Source: Polyangiaceae bacterium (GTDB lineage Bacteria; Myxococcota_A; Polyangia; Polyangiales; Polyangiaceae). Taken from it: a stretch of 64,000 nucleotides of DNA. The stretch spans positions 256,001 to 320,000 of the forward strand of contig JANRKO010000006.1 in the NCBI GenBank assembly GCA_033763455.1. Reading direction: 5' to 3'. The notes below the pieces were generated by a model. It was given only the letters and a program-made list of their open reading frames with translations. It did not search any database and was not told the DNA's origin. Below are positions 47,320 through 56,000 of this stretch, piece after piece. Each line of letters begins with the position of its first letter. The stretch's first letter is position 1. The position numbers were made by a program, and so were the translations under genes.

Positions 47320-48990
47320 ATGCGCAAGATTTCTTTAGTTTCAGGCTGTTTGGTCGCCTTGTTTTTGGCTGGTTGTGGCGCAGCGTCACAAGGGGCAAAT
47401 CCCCTCGCTCCAGAGGAAAGGAGCGGTAAGAAAGATCGCCGCGGTGCGATGGTCAGCAAGGCCGCGGCGGAGAACTTCGATGGGGCCCTAAGTGCTTTTC
47501 TTGCCGCAGACAAGCGCGGGAATTGGGACGCCGGGACGTGCGAGAAAGTTGCGTCTAGTTTTCACGAGGCGAACTCGGAGCAAGAGGGCGCCACCGGCAA
47601 GGCTCTGCCGGAGGCTCTCTATAATGCAGGGCTCGCGTTTCAGCGTTGCGGGCAGGCGGACAAGGCTCGCGGAGAGTTTGAGGCTGCGATCAAGGCGGAT
47701 TCAGCATTTCATCGGGCTAGGGCGCAGCTTGCGCTCTACCGGTTTCAGGAATCTGGAGATACCGAGCAGGCAGTTACTGAGCTAGACCAGATCATCCGGG
47801 ATGCGAAGTTTCAGAACGTTGAGGGTCTCGTAAGCCTTGCTGCGCTTCAGATGCAGCGCGACTCAGACCGTCCAGATCCTGACGGAAAAGACGATCTTGA
47901 GCGGGCACAGAAGAACCTCCAGCGAGCGCTGGCGATTGATGACGCGTACATGCCCGCGTTCAATCAATTGGCTCTTTACTACTTAGAGCAGGCGAAAGCC
48001 AAGGCCGGCGCTAAGGACAAGCAAGCAAGCAGTGGTCGCCGCGGCCGTCGCGGGATGGTGGTGTCTGGGGCATCTCGGGTAGCGGTGAATGAACAGCAGC
48101 TCGATCTTGCTGCACTTGTCGCGGCACAGGCACAAGGCAAGAACCCCAATTACGCCCCAATTCACAACACCAGTGGTCTTATCCTGGCGGAACTCAAAAA
48201 CTTTAACGGAGCGGTTAAGGCTTTCAAACGAGCGAGAGATCTAGATCCTGGTTTTTTTGAAGCGCATATGAACTACGCGGCCGTAAATCTTTCCTTCCGC
48301 GGCTTCGCTGAGGCTGAGCAGGCCTACCGGCAAGCACTAAAGTTGCGGCCCAAGGAATACGAGGCGCACCTGGGGTTAGCGCTTGCAATTCGCGGCGGTA
48401 TCAATGATTCGAACTACGATCAGGCCGTCGCGGAAGCCCAGAAAGAGCTGGATGAAGCCAAGAAGCTCAGCCCGGACCGCCCAGAAACGTACTACAACGA
48501 GGCGATCCTCACTCAGGAGTACCGTTCAAAGCGCGGGGATCAGGCCACAACCATGAAGATGCTGCAAAAGGCCGCGCAGCAATACAAGGAGTTCATCGCC
48601 AAAGCGGGCAGTGAGCCGGGGTTTCAGGCTGCCGTGAAACGTTCTAAAGAGCGGACACAGGACATCGAAGACACGCTTAAATTCATCAAAGACGGTGAAG
48701 AGGCCGCTCGGCAGCAAGCGGAAATTGAAAAGGCTGAAGCTGCACAGAAGAAGCTTGAGGCCGAACAGAAGAAGGCGGAAGAGGCAGCCGCCGCGGCGGC
48801 GCCCAAAGCCCCAGCGGACGCAAAACCTGGTGAGACCAAGCCTGGTGACGCAAAACCTGGTGACAAACCCGGCGACGCAAAACCTGCCGATGCGAGTGGC
48901 GCTAAAGGCACGGCACCGGCTGATGCGAAACCCGGCACAACCGGCGGCAACGCCAAAGCGGCGCCTGGTTCCGACAAGAAGAGCAAGTAA
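47320..48990 (+). CDS. gltE: TPR lipoprotein AglT/GltE-like
   Basis: Lipobox LAGC, TPR array and Ala/Lys/Pro-rich tail. Sits between gltD-like and gltF-like genes. Confidence 0.72.
   Translation: MRKISLVSGCLVALFLAGCGAASQGANPLAPEERSGKKDRRGAMVSKAAAENFDGALSAFLAADKRGNWDAGTCEKVASSFHEANSEQEGATGKALPEALYNAGLAFQRCGQADKARGEFEAAIKADSAFHRARAQLALYRFQESGDTEQAVTELDQIIRDAKFQNVEGLVSLAALQMQRDSDRPDPDGKDDLERAQKNLQRALAIDDAYMPAFNQLALYYLEQAKAKAGAKDKQASSGRRGRRGMVVSGASRVAVNEQQLDLAALVAAQAQGKNPNYAPIHNTSGLILAELKNFNGAVKAFKRARDLDPGFFEAHMNYAAVNLSFRGFAEAEQAYRQALKLRPKEYEAHLGLALAIRGGINDSNYDQAVAEAQKELDEAKKLSPDRPETYYNEAILTQEYRSKRGDQATTMKMLQKAAQQYKEFIAKAGSEPGFQAAVKRSKERTQDIEDTLKFIKDGEEAARQQAEIEKAEAAQKKLEAEQKKAEEAAAAAAPKAPADAKPGETKPGDAKPGDKPGDAKPADASGAKGTAPADAKPGTTGGNAKAAPGSDKKSK
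48814..48936 (+). repeat. Imperfect coding tandem repeat (about 15 bp unit, D-A-K-P-G)
   Basis: GACGCAAAACCTG recurs three times. The protein reads ADAKPGETKPGDAKPGDKPGDAKPAD...ADAKPG. Confidence 0.8.
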
Positions 48991-49214
48991 CTTGCTGGGT
49001 GCTAAAGCTCTGGAGGCGTGTCGATGTATTCTTGCCGTATAGCTGGAATCATCTGATCCTGTGCATTCAGTGGGAACCTCGCCGGCAGCCCGGTGTCTGA
49101 ACCGGGGCCCGGCGCCGCAGAAACAAAATGCACACTCATCGTTCGCGGACGTTGTCTAGTGTCACAGGATAGGGTACGTGCAATCGCACTGTAATCACAG
49201 GAGGCAAAGGTAGT

Positions 49215-49493
49215 ATGGCTTGGTTGGTTAAGACGGCAGCGATGTCTGCAGTGGTTGTAGTGACGCTAGCGTTTGGGACAACACGCGCGTCGGCACAGGA
49301 GGCGGCAGCGCCCGCTGCCGGCGGTGACTCTGAAGGCTACGGCTACTCCTTCGAGGATGACCCACTGAATGCAGGCGGGTTTGGCCCGAACGACGCGACC
49401 ATTCGTGTGCGTCCTAAGGCTGCGCGTACCACGCTTATCAGGCCTCGAACCTCTTTCGTTCCTGAGATGTTGAAGTCAGTCGAGAACATCTAG
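49215..49493 (+). CDS. gltF: Small exported gliding protein CglF/GltF-like
   Basis: Signal peptide ending ASA and Y.FEDD.L.....P.........LIR.R.SF.PEMLKSV..I. Confidence 0.82.
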   Translation: MAWLVKTAAMSAVVVVTLAFGTTRASAQEAAAPAAGGDSEGYGYSFEDDPLNAGGFGPNDATIRVRPKAARTTLIRPRTSFVPEMLKSVENI

Positions 49494-49548
49494 GGCCGGG
49501 CAAACTCAGGTTTTTACCGCTCACGCGACTCCGATAGGACAGGAAGCA

Positions 49549-51561
49549 ATGGCAAAAGCAATCATGACGTTCGCGCTTTACCAAGGTGATGCGCTGATCC
49601 ACCGCGAAACGGTCACTCAGGACATTGTTAAGGTTGGCAATGATCCGAAGAGCCACCTTCGAGTAGACGATCCACAAGCCTCGCGCATGCATGCCGTGAT
49701 TGAGGTGGCGGGTCCGGAAGATATCACGTTGATCGATCTCGGAAATGAGCCCGGCACGATGGTGAACGGCGCCCGAGTCAACAAGTGCAAGCTTCACGTG
49801 GGTGATCAGATCCAAGTTGGGTCGACGCTGATAGTGTTGGAGAGTGCAGAGGCCGCGGCGGCTGTGGCGAATCCGTTTGCTCCGGCTCCAAGCTCGCCGC
49901 ACGCAGGGGCTAATCCGTTCGGTGTTCCAGCAGCTGCACCTTCCAATCCGTTTGCGTCGGCTTCGGCTAGCAGCCCGTTCGCGGCAGCATCAAATCCCTT
50001 CCACGCGCCTCCTGCGGCCTTTGGGGCCGGGCAATATGCGAGCTCAGCGGTCCCCGATGATGCGCCGCCCGGGACTTACACTTACACGCTTCTGAAGAGC
50101 GGTCCCGACGTAAGTCCGGATGAAGTTGAGTTGGTGCACGTCCAGGCCGTAGAAGTGATGATTCTGTGGGGGACCAACGTGTTGCAGGTGGCACACTTGG
50201 TTCCTCCCCGTAGCTATTACGTGGGCGAGGAGCAGGGAAAAAATTTCGCCTGTGACTTCTTCATCCCTAGCGAACAAATCGGGACGACTCGGTTGCCGTT
50301 GGTTATCGGCGACCGCACCTCGCTCAGCCTAGTGATTCCGCCTGGGGCTAAAGGCTACGTGGAGATCCTCGGGCAGCCGCGGATGACGCTGGACGAAGCC
50401 CGGGGCAGGGCTCAGCCAAGCGCTGAAGTCAGTGGAGGCCATCAAATGGCTTTCCCCGGCGGAGCAAAGGCGAAGATCGAGCTCGGCGGCTTTGTGTTTC
50501 AGATTGGTGCCGTAAATGCCGGCAAGCCATTGAAGCACGGCGTCGGAGCGGTTTGGGACTGGACGATGGCTCTGTTTTTCGGCCTTTCGTTCTTATCCGT
50601 GGCTGGGTTTGTCACGGCAATGGCGTTTTTCGTTCCACCGTGGGGTCTCACGGACGACGAGGACATCGATCGCGATCAGCTGTATCTTATGCAGCAGTAT
50701 CTCGACAGCGCGGCGGAGCGTGAACAGCAGGAAAAAGAGGCTGAAGTTGTCGAGGAAAACGCTGACAACAAGGAAGGCGGCACCGGCACGCGGGCCAAGG
50801 GCGAGGAGGGCTCGATGGGTAACCCGACCACCAAGGCAGTCAACAAGCGCTATGCCGTTCAGGGGCCGAAGGACAACCCGGATCCGCATTTAGCCCGTCA
50901 GGCAGCACTCCGGGAAGCAACGGAGTTCGGGATGATCGGGCTACTTAACACAGGTGCTGCTGGCGATCCGAACGCGCCGACAGCTCCTTGGGGTCGAGAA
51001 ACATCGCTCGGCATGGATGACGTAAGTGCCCGCGGCAACATGTGGGGCGACGAGATTGGCGACGCCTTTGGCGCTGGTGGGCTAGGGCTGTCGGGCATCG
51101 GCGAAGGTGGCGGCGGTCGTGGCGAAGGCATCGGCCTCGGGAACATTGGAACGCTCGGCCACGGCGCCGGAACCGGTAATGGTCAGGGCTTCGGTAGCGG
51201 GCACGGCCGGCTTGGCGGCTCGCACAAGACCGCCGCACCAAAGATGAGGATGGGAGCAACCACTGTGAGTGGGCGCCTTCCTCCAGAGGTGATTCAGCGC
51301 ATTGTTCGGCAGAATTATGGCCGCTTCCGTATGTGCTTTGAGCAAGGCTTGGTTCGAAATCCGAATCTAGAAGGTCGCGTGTCTGTTCGCTTCGTTATCG
51401 GTCGTGACGGCGCGGTTTCCAACGTCGCCAACGGCGGGTCGGACTTGCCGGACAGCCAGGTGATCAGCTGCATAGTGTCAGCCTATTATGGGCTGAGCTT
51501 CCCTCAACCAGAGGGTGGCATTGTGACGGTCGTGTATCCGATTATGTTCAGCCCGGGCTGA
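49549..51561 (+). CDS. gltG: GltG/PglI-like protein: FHA domain, TM, Gly-rich linker and TonB-C-like (AgmX/PglI) domain
   Basis: IVKVG....SHL..DD...SRMHAVIE...IDLG...GT.VNG, a TM, AKGEEG.MG and I.RIV......R.CFEQGL..NP.L.G.V.V.F.I..DG.V...FP.P.GG.V.V.YP..F. Confidence 0.85.
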   Translation: MAKAIMTFALYQGDALIHRETVTQDIVKVGNDPKSHLRVDDPQASRMHAVIEVAGPEDITLIDLGNEPGTMVNGARVNKCKLHVGDQIQVGSTLIVLESAEAAAAVANPFAPAPSSPHAGANPFGVPAAAPSNPFASASASSPFAAASNPFHAPPAAFGAGQYASSAVPDDAPPGTYTYTLLKSGPDVSPDEVELVHVQAVEVMILWGTNVLQVAHLVPPRSYYVGEEQGKNFACDFFIPSEQIGTTRLPLVIGDRTSLSLVIPPGAKGYVEILGQPRMTLDEARGRAQPSAEVSGGHQMAFPGGAKAKIELGGFVFQIGAVNAGKPLKHGVGAVWDWTMALFFGLSFLSVAGFVTAMAFFVPPWGLTDDEDIDRDQLYLMQQYLDSAAEREQQEKEAEVVEENADNKEGGTGTRAKGEEGSMGNPTTKAVNKRYAVQGPKDNPDPHLARQAALREATEFGMIGLLNTGAAGDPNAPTAPWGRETSLGMDDVSARGNMWGDEIGDAFGAGGLGLSGIGEGGGGRGEGIGLGNIGTLGHGAGTGNGQGFGSGHGRLGGSHKTAAPKMRMGATTVSGRLPPEVIQRIVRQNYGRFRMCFEQGLVRNPNLEGRVSVRFVIGRDGAVSNVANGGSDLPDSQVISCIVSAYYGLSFPQPEGGIVTVVYPIMFSPG

Positions 51562-51610
51562 ACCAGCCTGCGTCGCTCAGACAAGACGTGGGTCTCGCAC
51601 CTACACAGTT

Positions 51611-51643
51611 GGCGGCCAGTGTGAACTGGCCGCCGCGCGTTTT
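51611..51643 (+). terminator. Putative terminator after gltG
   Basis: Perfect 10-bp stem GGCGGCCAGT-gtga-ACTGGCCGCC followed by GCGCGTTTT and a T-rich tract. Confidence 0.65.
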
Positions 51644-51775
51644 GTGGTTCGTGTTTGTTCGTGCGCTGATCAGAGTCTGAGGGCGCCGCTGGGGACGCCG
51701 CTAGGCACCAGGAGGCGGCCGAAAGTGCGGGGCAATTGCGACTAAATTTGCGTGGGTGCATCGCCGTCTTGCGGC

Positions 51776-51805
51776 TTTACTTCGTGGTGACCTCGCGCCT
51801 ATGCT
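51776..51805 (+). promoter_or_regulatory. Putative sigma70-type promoter for the TPR lipoprotein / giant TPR genes
   Basis: TTTACT-N18-TATGCT downstream of the gltG terminator. Confidence 0.5.
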
Positions 51806-51940
51806 GAGCCGTCCGATTGGAGTCACGTTCAACACACTGCTCGTTTGTTGCGAGCGCATGGTGAGCTAATCCGATCAGGGCGTGTTAACCCCGGCTGACT
51901 TTTGGACTCTGGTCTGAATCGCGAAGAGAGGAATCTGGCA

Positions 51941-52855
51941 ATGAATCTGTGGCGATATGGCAGTAAATTGGCGTCGGTAGCAGGCCTGTGCCTTTTGGCG
52001 ACGGCGTGCAGTCGCGATCGCATCGAAGCCATTGATCTCGCGAACGAGGGGGACCAGGCGGTTAAGGTGAACGTCGAGGGTGCCATTCAGAAGTACGAAC
52101 AAGCCATCCAGTTGGATCCCCAGAATCACCATATTCTTTGGAAGCTTGCGGTTGCGTACGAGAAGAAGGAAAGCTGGGACAAGATGGCGTCCACGCTCGC
52201 GAACGCGGGCCAGATCGCCCCCAGCTACGCCAAATACTGGTTCCGTCGCGGTTACGCCCTGATCAAGGAGGCGGAATCCGGGAGCCCGGATTCCTATGAG
52301 GCCGCCAAAGAGCCTCTGAAGAAGTGTATTGAAAAGGATCCGAACATTGCGGAGTGCTACTTCTTCCTAGCAGAAGCGAACCTTTGGACGAATGACGAGC
52401 AAGAGGCGCTGGCTAGTTACTCTAAGGCGATTGAGCACAACCCTACCGAGGCATACTTCTACCCACCCCTCGCCGAGCTCTACATTACCCACCGGCTTCA
52501 CCGCGAGGCGAAGGAAGTTCTCCTTGAAGGAACCAAGTTGGTGCCGCTGACCGAGAAGAGCAAAGCAAACATGTACAGCATGTACACGCTGCTCGCGACG
52601 GTCGCTCAGCTGGACAAGGACACTGACGCACAGGTCGCAGCTCTAGAGAAGGCGCAGCAGATCGACGGCGATAACCACCCCGAGATCGCTTTCAACTTGG
52701 GCAGTAGTTACGCGGTCAGAAAGCCCCCGCAGAAGGAGAAGGCCGTGCGCCTGCTCAATTCGTTCACTAAGCGCGCCTGCCGCGGCGAAAGTGCACAAAA
52801 GTTCAAGGAACAGTGCGAATCGGCAAATGCGCTTATCCAGAAGTTGGGGACCTGA
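51941..52855 (+). CDS. TPR lipoprotein of unknown function
   Basis: Lipobox-like LATAC and TPRs (GAIQKYEQAIQLDP, ALASYSKAIEHNP). GAGGA SD before ATG 51941. Confidence 0.85.
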   Translation: MNLWRYGSKLASVAGLCLLATACSRDRIEAIDLANEGDQAVKVNVEGAIQKYEQAIQLDPQNHHILWKLAVAYEKKESWDKMASTLANAGQIAPSYAKYWFRRGYALIKEAESGSPDSYEAAKEPLKKCIEKDPNIAECYFFLAEANLWTNDEQEALASYSKAIEHNPTEAYFYPPLAELYITHRLHREAKEVLLEGTKLVPLTEKSKANMYSMYTLLATVAQLDKDTDAQVAALEKAQQIDGDNHPEIAFNLGSSYAVRKPPQKEKAVRLLNSFTKRACRGESAQKFKEQCESANALIQKLGT

Positions 52856-53013
52856 AACTTGAGGCCTGGGCCGCAACCGATTGATGGTTGGTTCTTGAGA
52901 TCTATTCCATGTCCTGTTCTGGCACGTTCTGCTGGAGCAGGTCGCAAATCTTTCCTTTTTTCCCCGAGCACGATTGTGTTGCTCGGTACGCCATTTCGAG
53001 CGCTTGAGGGAGC

Positions 53014-56000
53014 ATGAACCTAGAGCAGCGATTGAACGAACTTGAATCTCACAACGATTGGCAGGGGTTGGTTGATGCGTTGGAAGGAGCGCTGGCCGCC
53101 TCAACTCAGGCGGAGGAGCAAGCCGCACTCCACCTGCGGCTAGGCCATGTGCTGCACGCTCGCTTTTTGCACGGCGTGCGAGCTCTGAAGCATTTCCAAG
53201 ATGCCTTTAAGTTAAATCCCACGCTTCTTGAGGCGTTGGCTGCAGCGCGGGGCATTTATTGGGAGCTTGGCAAGCTGAACATGGTTCAGAAGCTGCTTGA
53301 GCTTCAGCTGAAGAGCACATCGGATGCTAAAGCTGCGAGTGCTCTGCAGCGAGAGCTTGGTAATGTGTTTGCCGATGAGGGCGCCTACGAACGAGCCGCG
53401 GAAACATATGCCAAGGCTCTCGCCGGGGCTGCCGGGAACGCCGGTGAGATCGGTGCGCTCTTGGAGGACGTTCAGCTCGGAGCCGATCAGTGGCAGGAGC
53501 GAATCGCAACGCTGCTCCGAACGGCCCACGGCGAAGCTAACGCGGCGACGCGTGCGATGTATTTTGTACGTGCATCCCGCATAGCTCAGCGTTTCGCGCC
53601 CTCGGAGCGTGAGGCGATGCTCGCGCAGGCGTACGCTGCGGACCCGACTAATGTAGTCGTTAGTACGCTTTACGAGGGGTTGTTGTCGGACACGGAGCGG
53701 GCGGAGAGCATTCTCGCGGCACAGCGTGAGATCCTGGGCAAGCTGGAGAATAAAGCCGCACGTGGCGAGGCCGCGTTTGTGTTTGCGACGCGCTGGGCGC
53801 TGCGTCATCAGAATCCGGAGGTTGCCTCCGAGTTGTTCGAGGATTCGCTTCGGCTGGATCCAAGCAAAGAAGCTGCGTTTGCTTATCTGCGGGAGAATTA
53901 TGGGGCACGCGGTGGCGATTGGGCTCGTGTGATTCGCCTTGCGGATGAACTCGGGGATCGCTCAACGGAAGGGCGCCGTGTGGCATACTTGCTGGCTGAG
54001 GGCGGAACGCTGGCGTGGCGTCAACTGGGCGACTTGATCAAGGCACGCGGATTTTTTGAGCGGCTGGCGAAGCTTGATCCAAGCCACCCCTCGCTCTTGG
54101 CCTTTGAGGCGCAAATTGGGGAGAAGTTGGCTGGTGCCGCGCTTGCGGGCAAGCCTCCAACTGAGGTTTCCGCGACGGTTGCGGAATCAAGCGGCGCGGG
54201 GACAGCAAAGGGTGAACCCAGCTCCAATGATGTTGGCTCCTCCGCCGACGTTAGATCTAGCGAAGGTGCTCCTGCGCCTGAAGCAGGAGTTCAGGTGGCT
54301 GCAGAACCGCCACCAGCCACAGAGCCTAAAGCGGCTGCAGTCCCCGCGGCGGCACGCGCGCCAGAGGTGAGCGAGGCTCAGATCAGCAAGCTTCGCTCTC
54401 AGCTTGCAGCGCAGGAAGAAGCGAAGCGTTACAACGAGTACGTAAAGACGTTGGTCGCTTTGGGTGATGCCATTAGCGACCCCACTGAGCGCGTAGAACT
54501 CTACACGAAGGCCGCGGACCTCTACGTGAACAAGTTCGTGAATCAGGCCGAAGCCGTGAAGGCCTACGAAAAGGTTTTCGAGCTCGAACCAAGTAATGCG
54601 CTTGCGGTCAGTTATTTGCGCGAGATGTACGAGAAGCGCCGAGACTGGGAAAAGCTCATCTCGCTAAGGCAGCGAGAGGCTGAGGGCCTCAGCAATGCTC
54701 ACGACCGTGCGGTGGCGTACAAAGAGATCGCACTTTTGGCCACCGAACGCCTGAAGAAGCCCGAAGTGTGCGTTGGGCTCTGGGCTATCGTCCTCGAGAA
54801 TGATGCCGATGATATTGAGGCACTCAATTCCTTGGCACAGCTGTACGAACGCTCGCGGGAGTACGAGAAGATTGCGGACGTTCTGGAGCGCCTAGCTGAG
54901 CTCACCCACGACACCACCGAGAAGGTGGAGATCTTGAACAAATTGGGTCAGGTCGCAGGTGATAGGCTCAAGGACGATGCTCGCGCCGTCGAAGCGTACC
55001 GTACGCTCTTGATTTTGCAGCCTGATGATCGCAAGGCTCAAGAGCAGCTAAAGAAGCGCTACGTAACGCTGGGCCGTTGGGACGACCTCGAGGTGTTCTA
55101 CTCGGAGAGTGGCAAGTGGGACGAGTTCATTCGGGTTCTTGAGACGAACGAGAGTCGAGCCGAAACTCCCGAACAGCGCATCGGCATGTTGATGAAGGTC
55201 GCTGAGCTGTGGATGACGCAGAAAGGCAAACCCGATAGGGCAGCCCGCGCGTACGAAAAAGTTCTCAGTTTGGACGCCAACAACCTTGATGCGGCTGAGC
55301 GGCTAATGCCGCTGTATATGAGTGCCAACAATCCCAAGGGGTTGGCATCTGCCATCGAGGTGCGGTTGGGGCACGTCTCTGAGCCAGAGGATAGGCTTGC
55401 CTTGTTGCGGGAGGTTGCCGCGTTATACGAAGGCAGAATCAACGATAAAGATAGTGCGTTTGAGCGCTATCTTGCGGCTTTCCAGATTGCACAGACCGAC
55501 GAACAGAGTCAGGCCGATCTGGAGCGCATCGCCAAGAGCACTGGTCGTTGGGCGGATGTTATTACTGCGTATCGGTCGGCTGTGTCAGACGCGGATTCGA
55601 GCGGGGACCGTGACGCTGCGACGGCACTCCGTCTCCGGCTCGGACGTGTACTGGTCGAAGAGGTGCAAAAGGTCGAGGAAGCGCTCGTCGAGTACCGCGC
55701 GGTTTATGAGTCCGAGCCAACCAACGAAAGCGCGTTGGGGGCTTTGGAGAAGCTTTACCGGCAGACGGAGCGTTGGCGCGATCTTTTGGAAGTCTATACC
55801 CAGAAGCAGCAGCTCGCCGACGATCCCGATCAGCGCAAGCGCATCCTATTTGGTATTGCCGCTCTGCACGAGAACGAGTTAGGCGCTGCAGCTTCGGCGA
55901 TCGAGACCTACCAGAGTGTGCTTGAGGATGATCCGACCGATATTACGGCGCTTGGCGCCCTAGATCGGTTGTATCAGCTCACCGAACAGTGGGACGCCTA

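Noticed and set aside
52920..52936. TGGCAC...TGC as a sigma54 promoter for the giant TPR gene
   Set aside because: Only 8 nt separate GG and GC; 10 are required.
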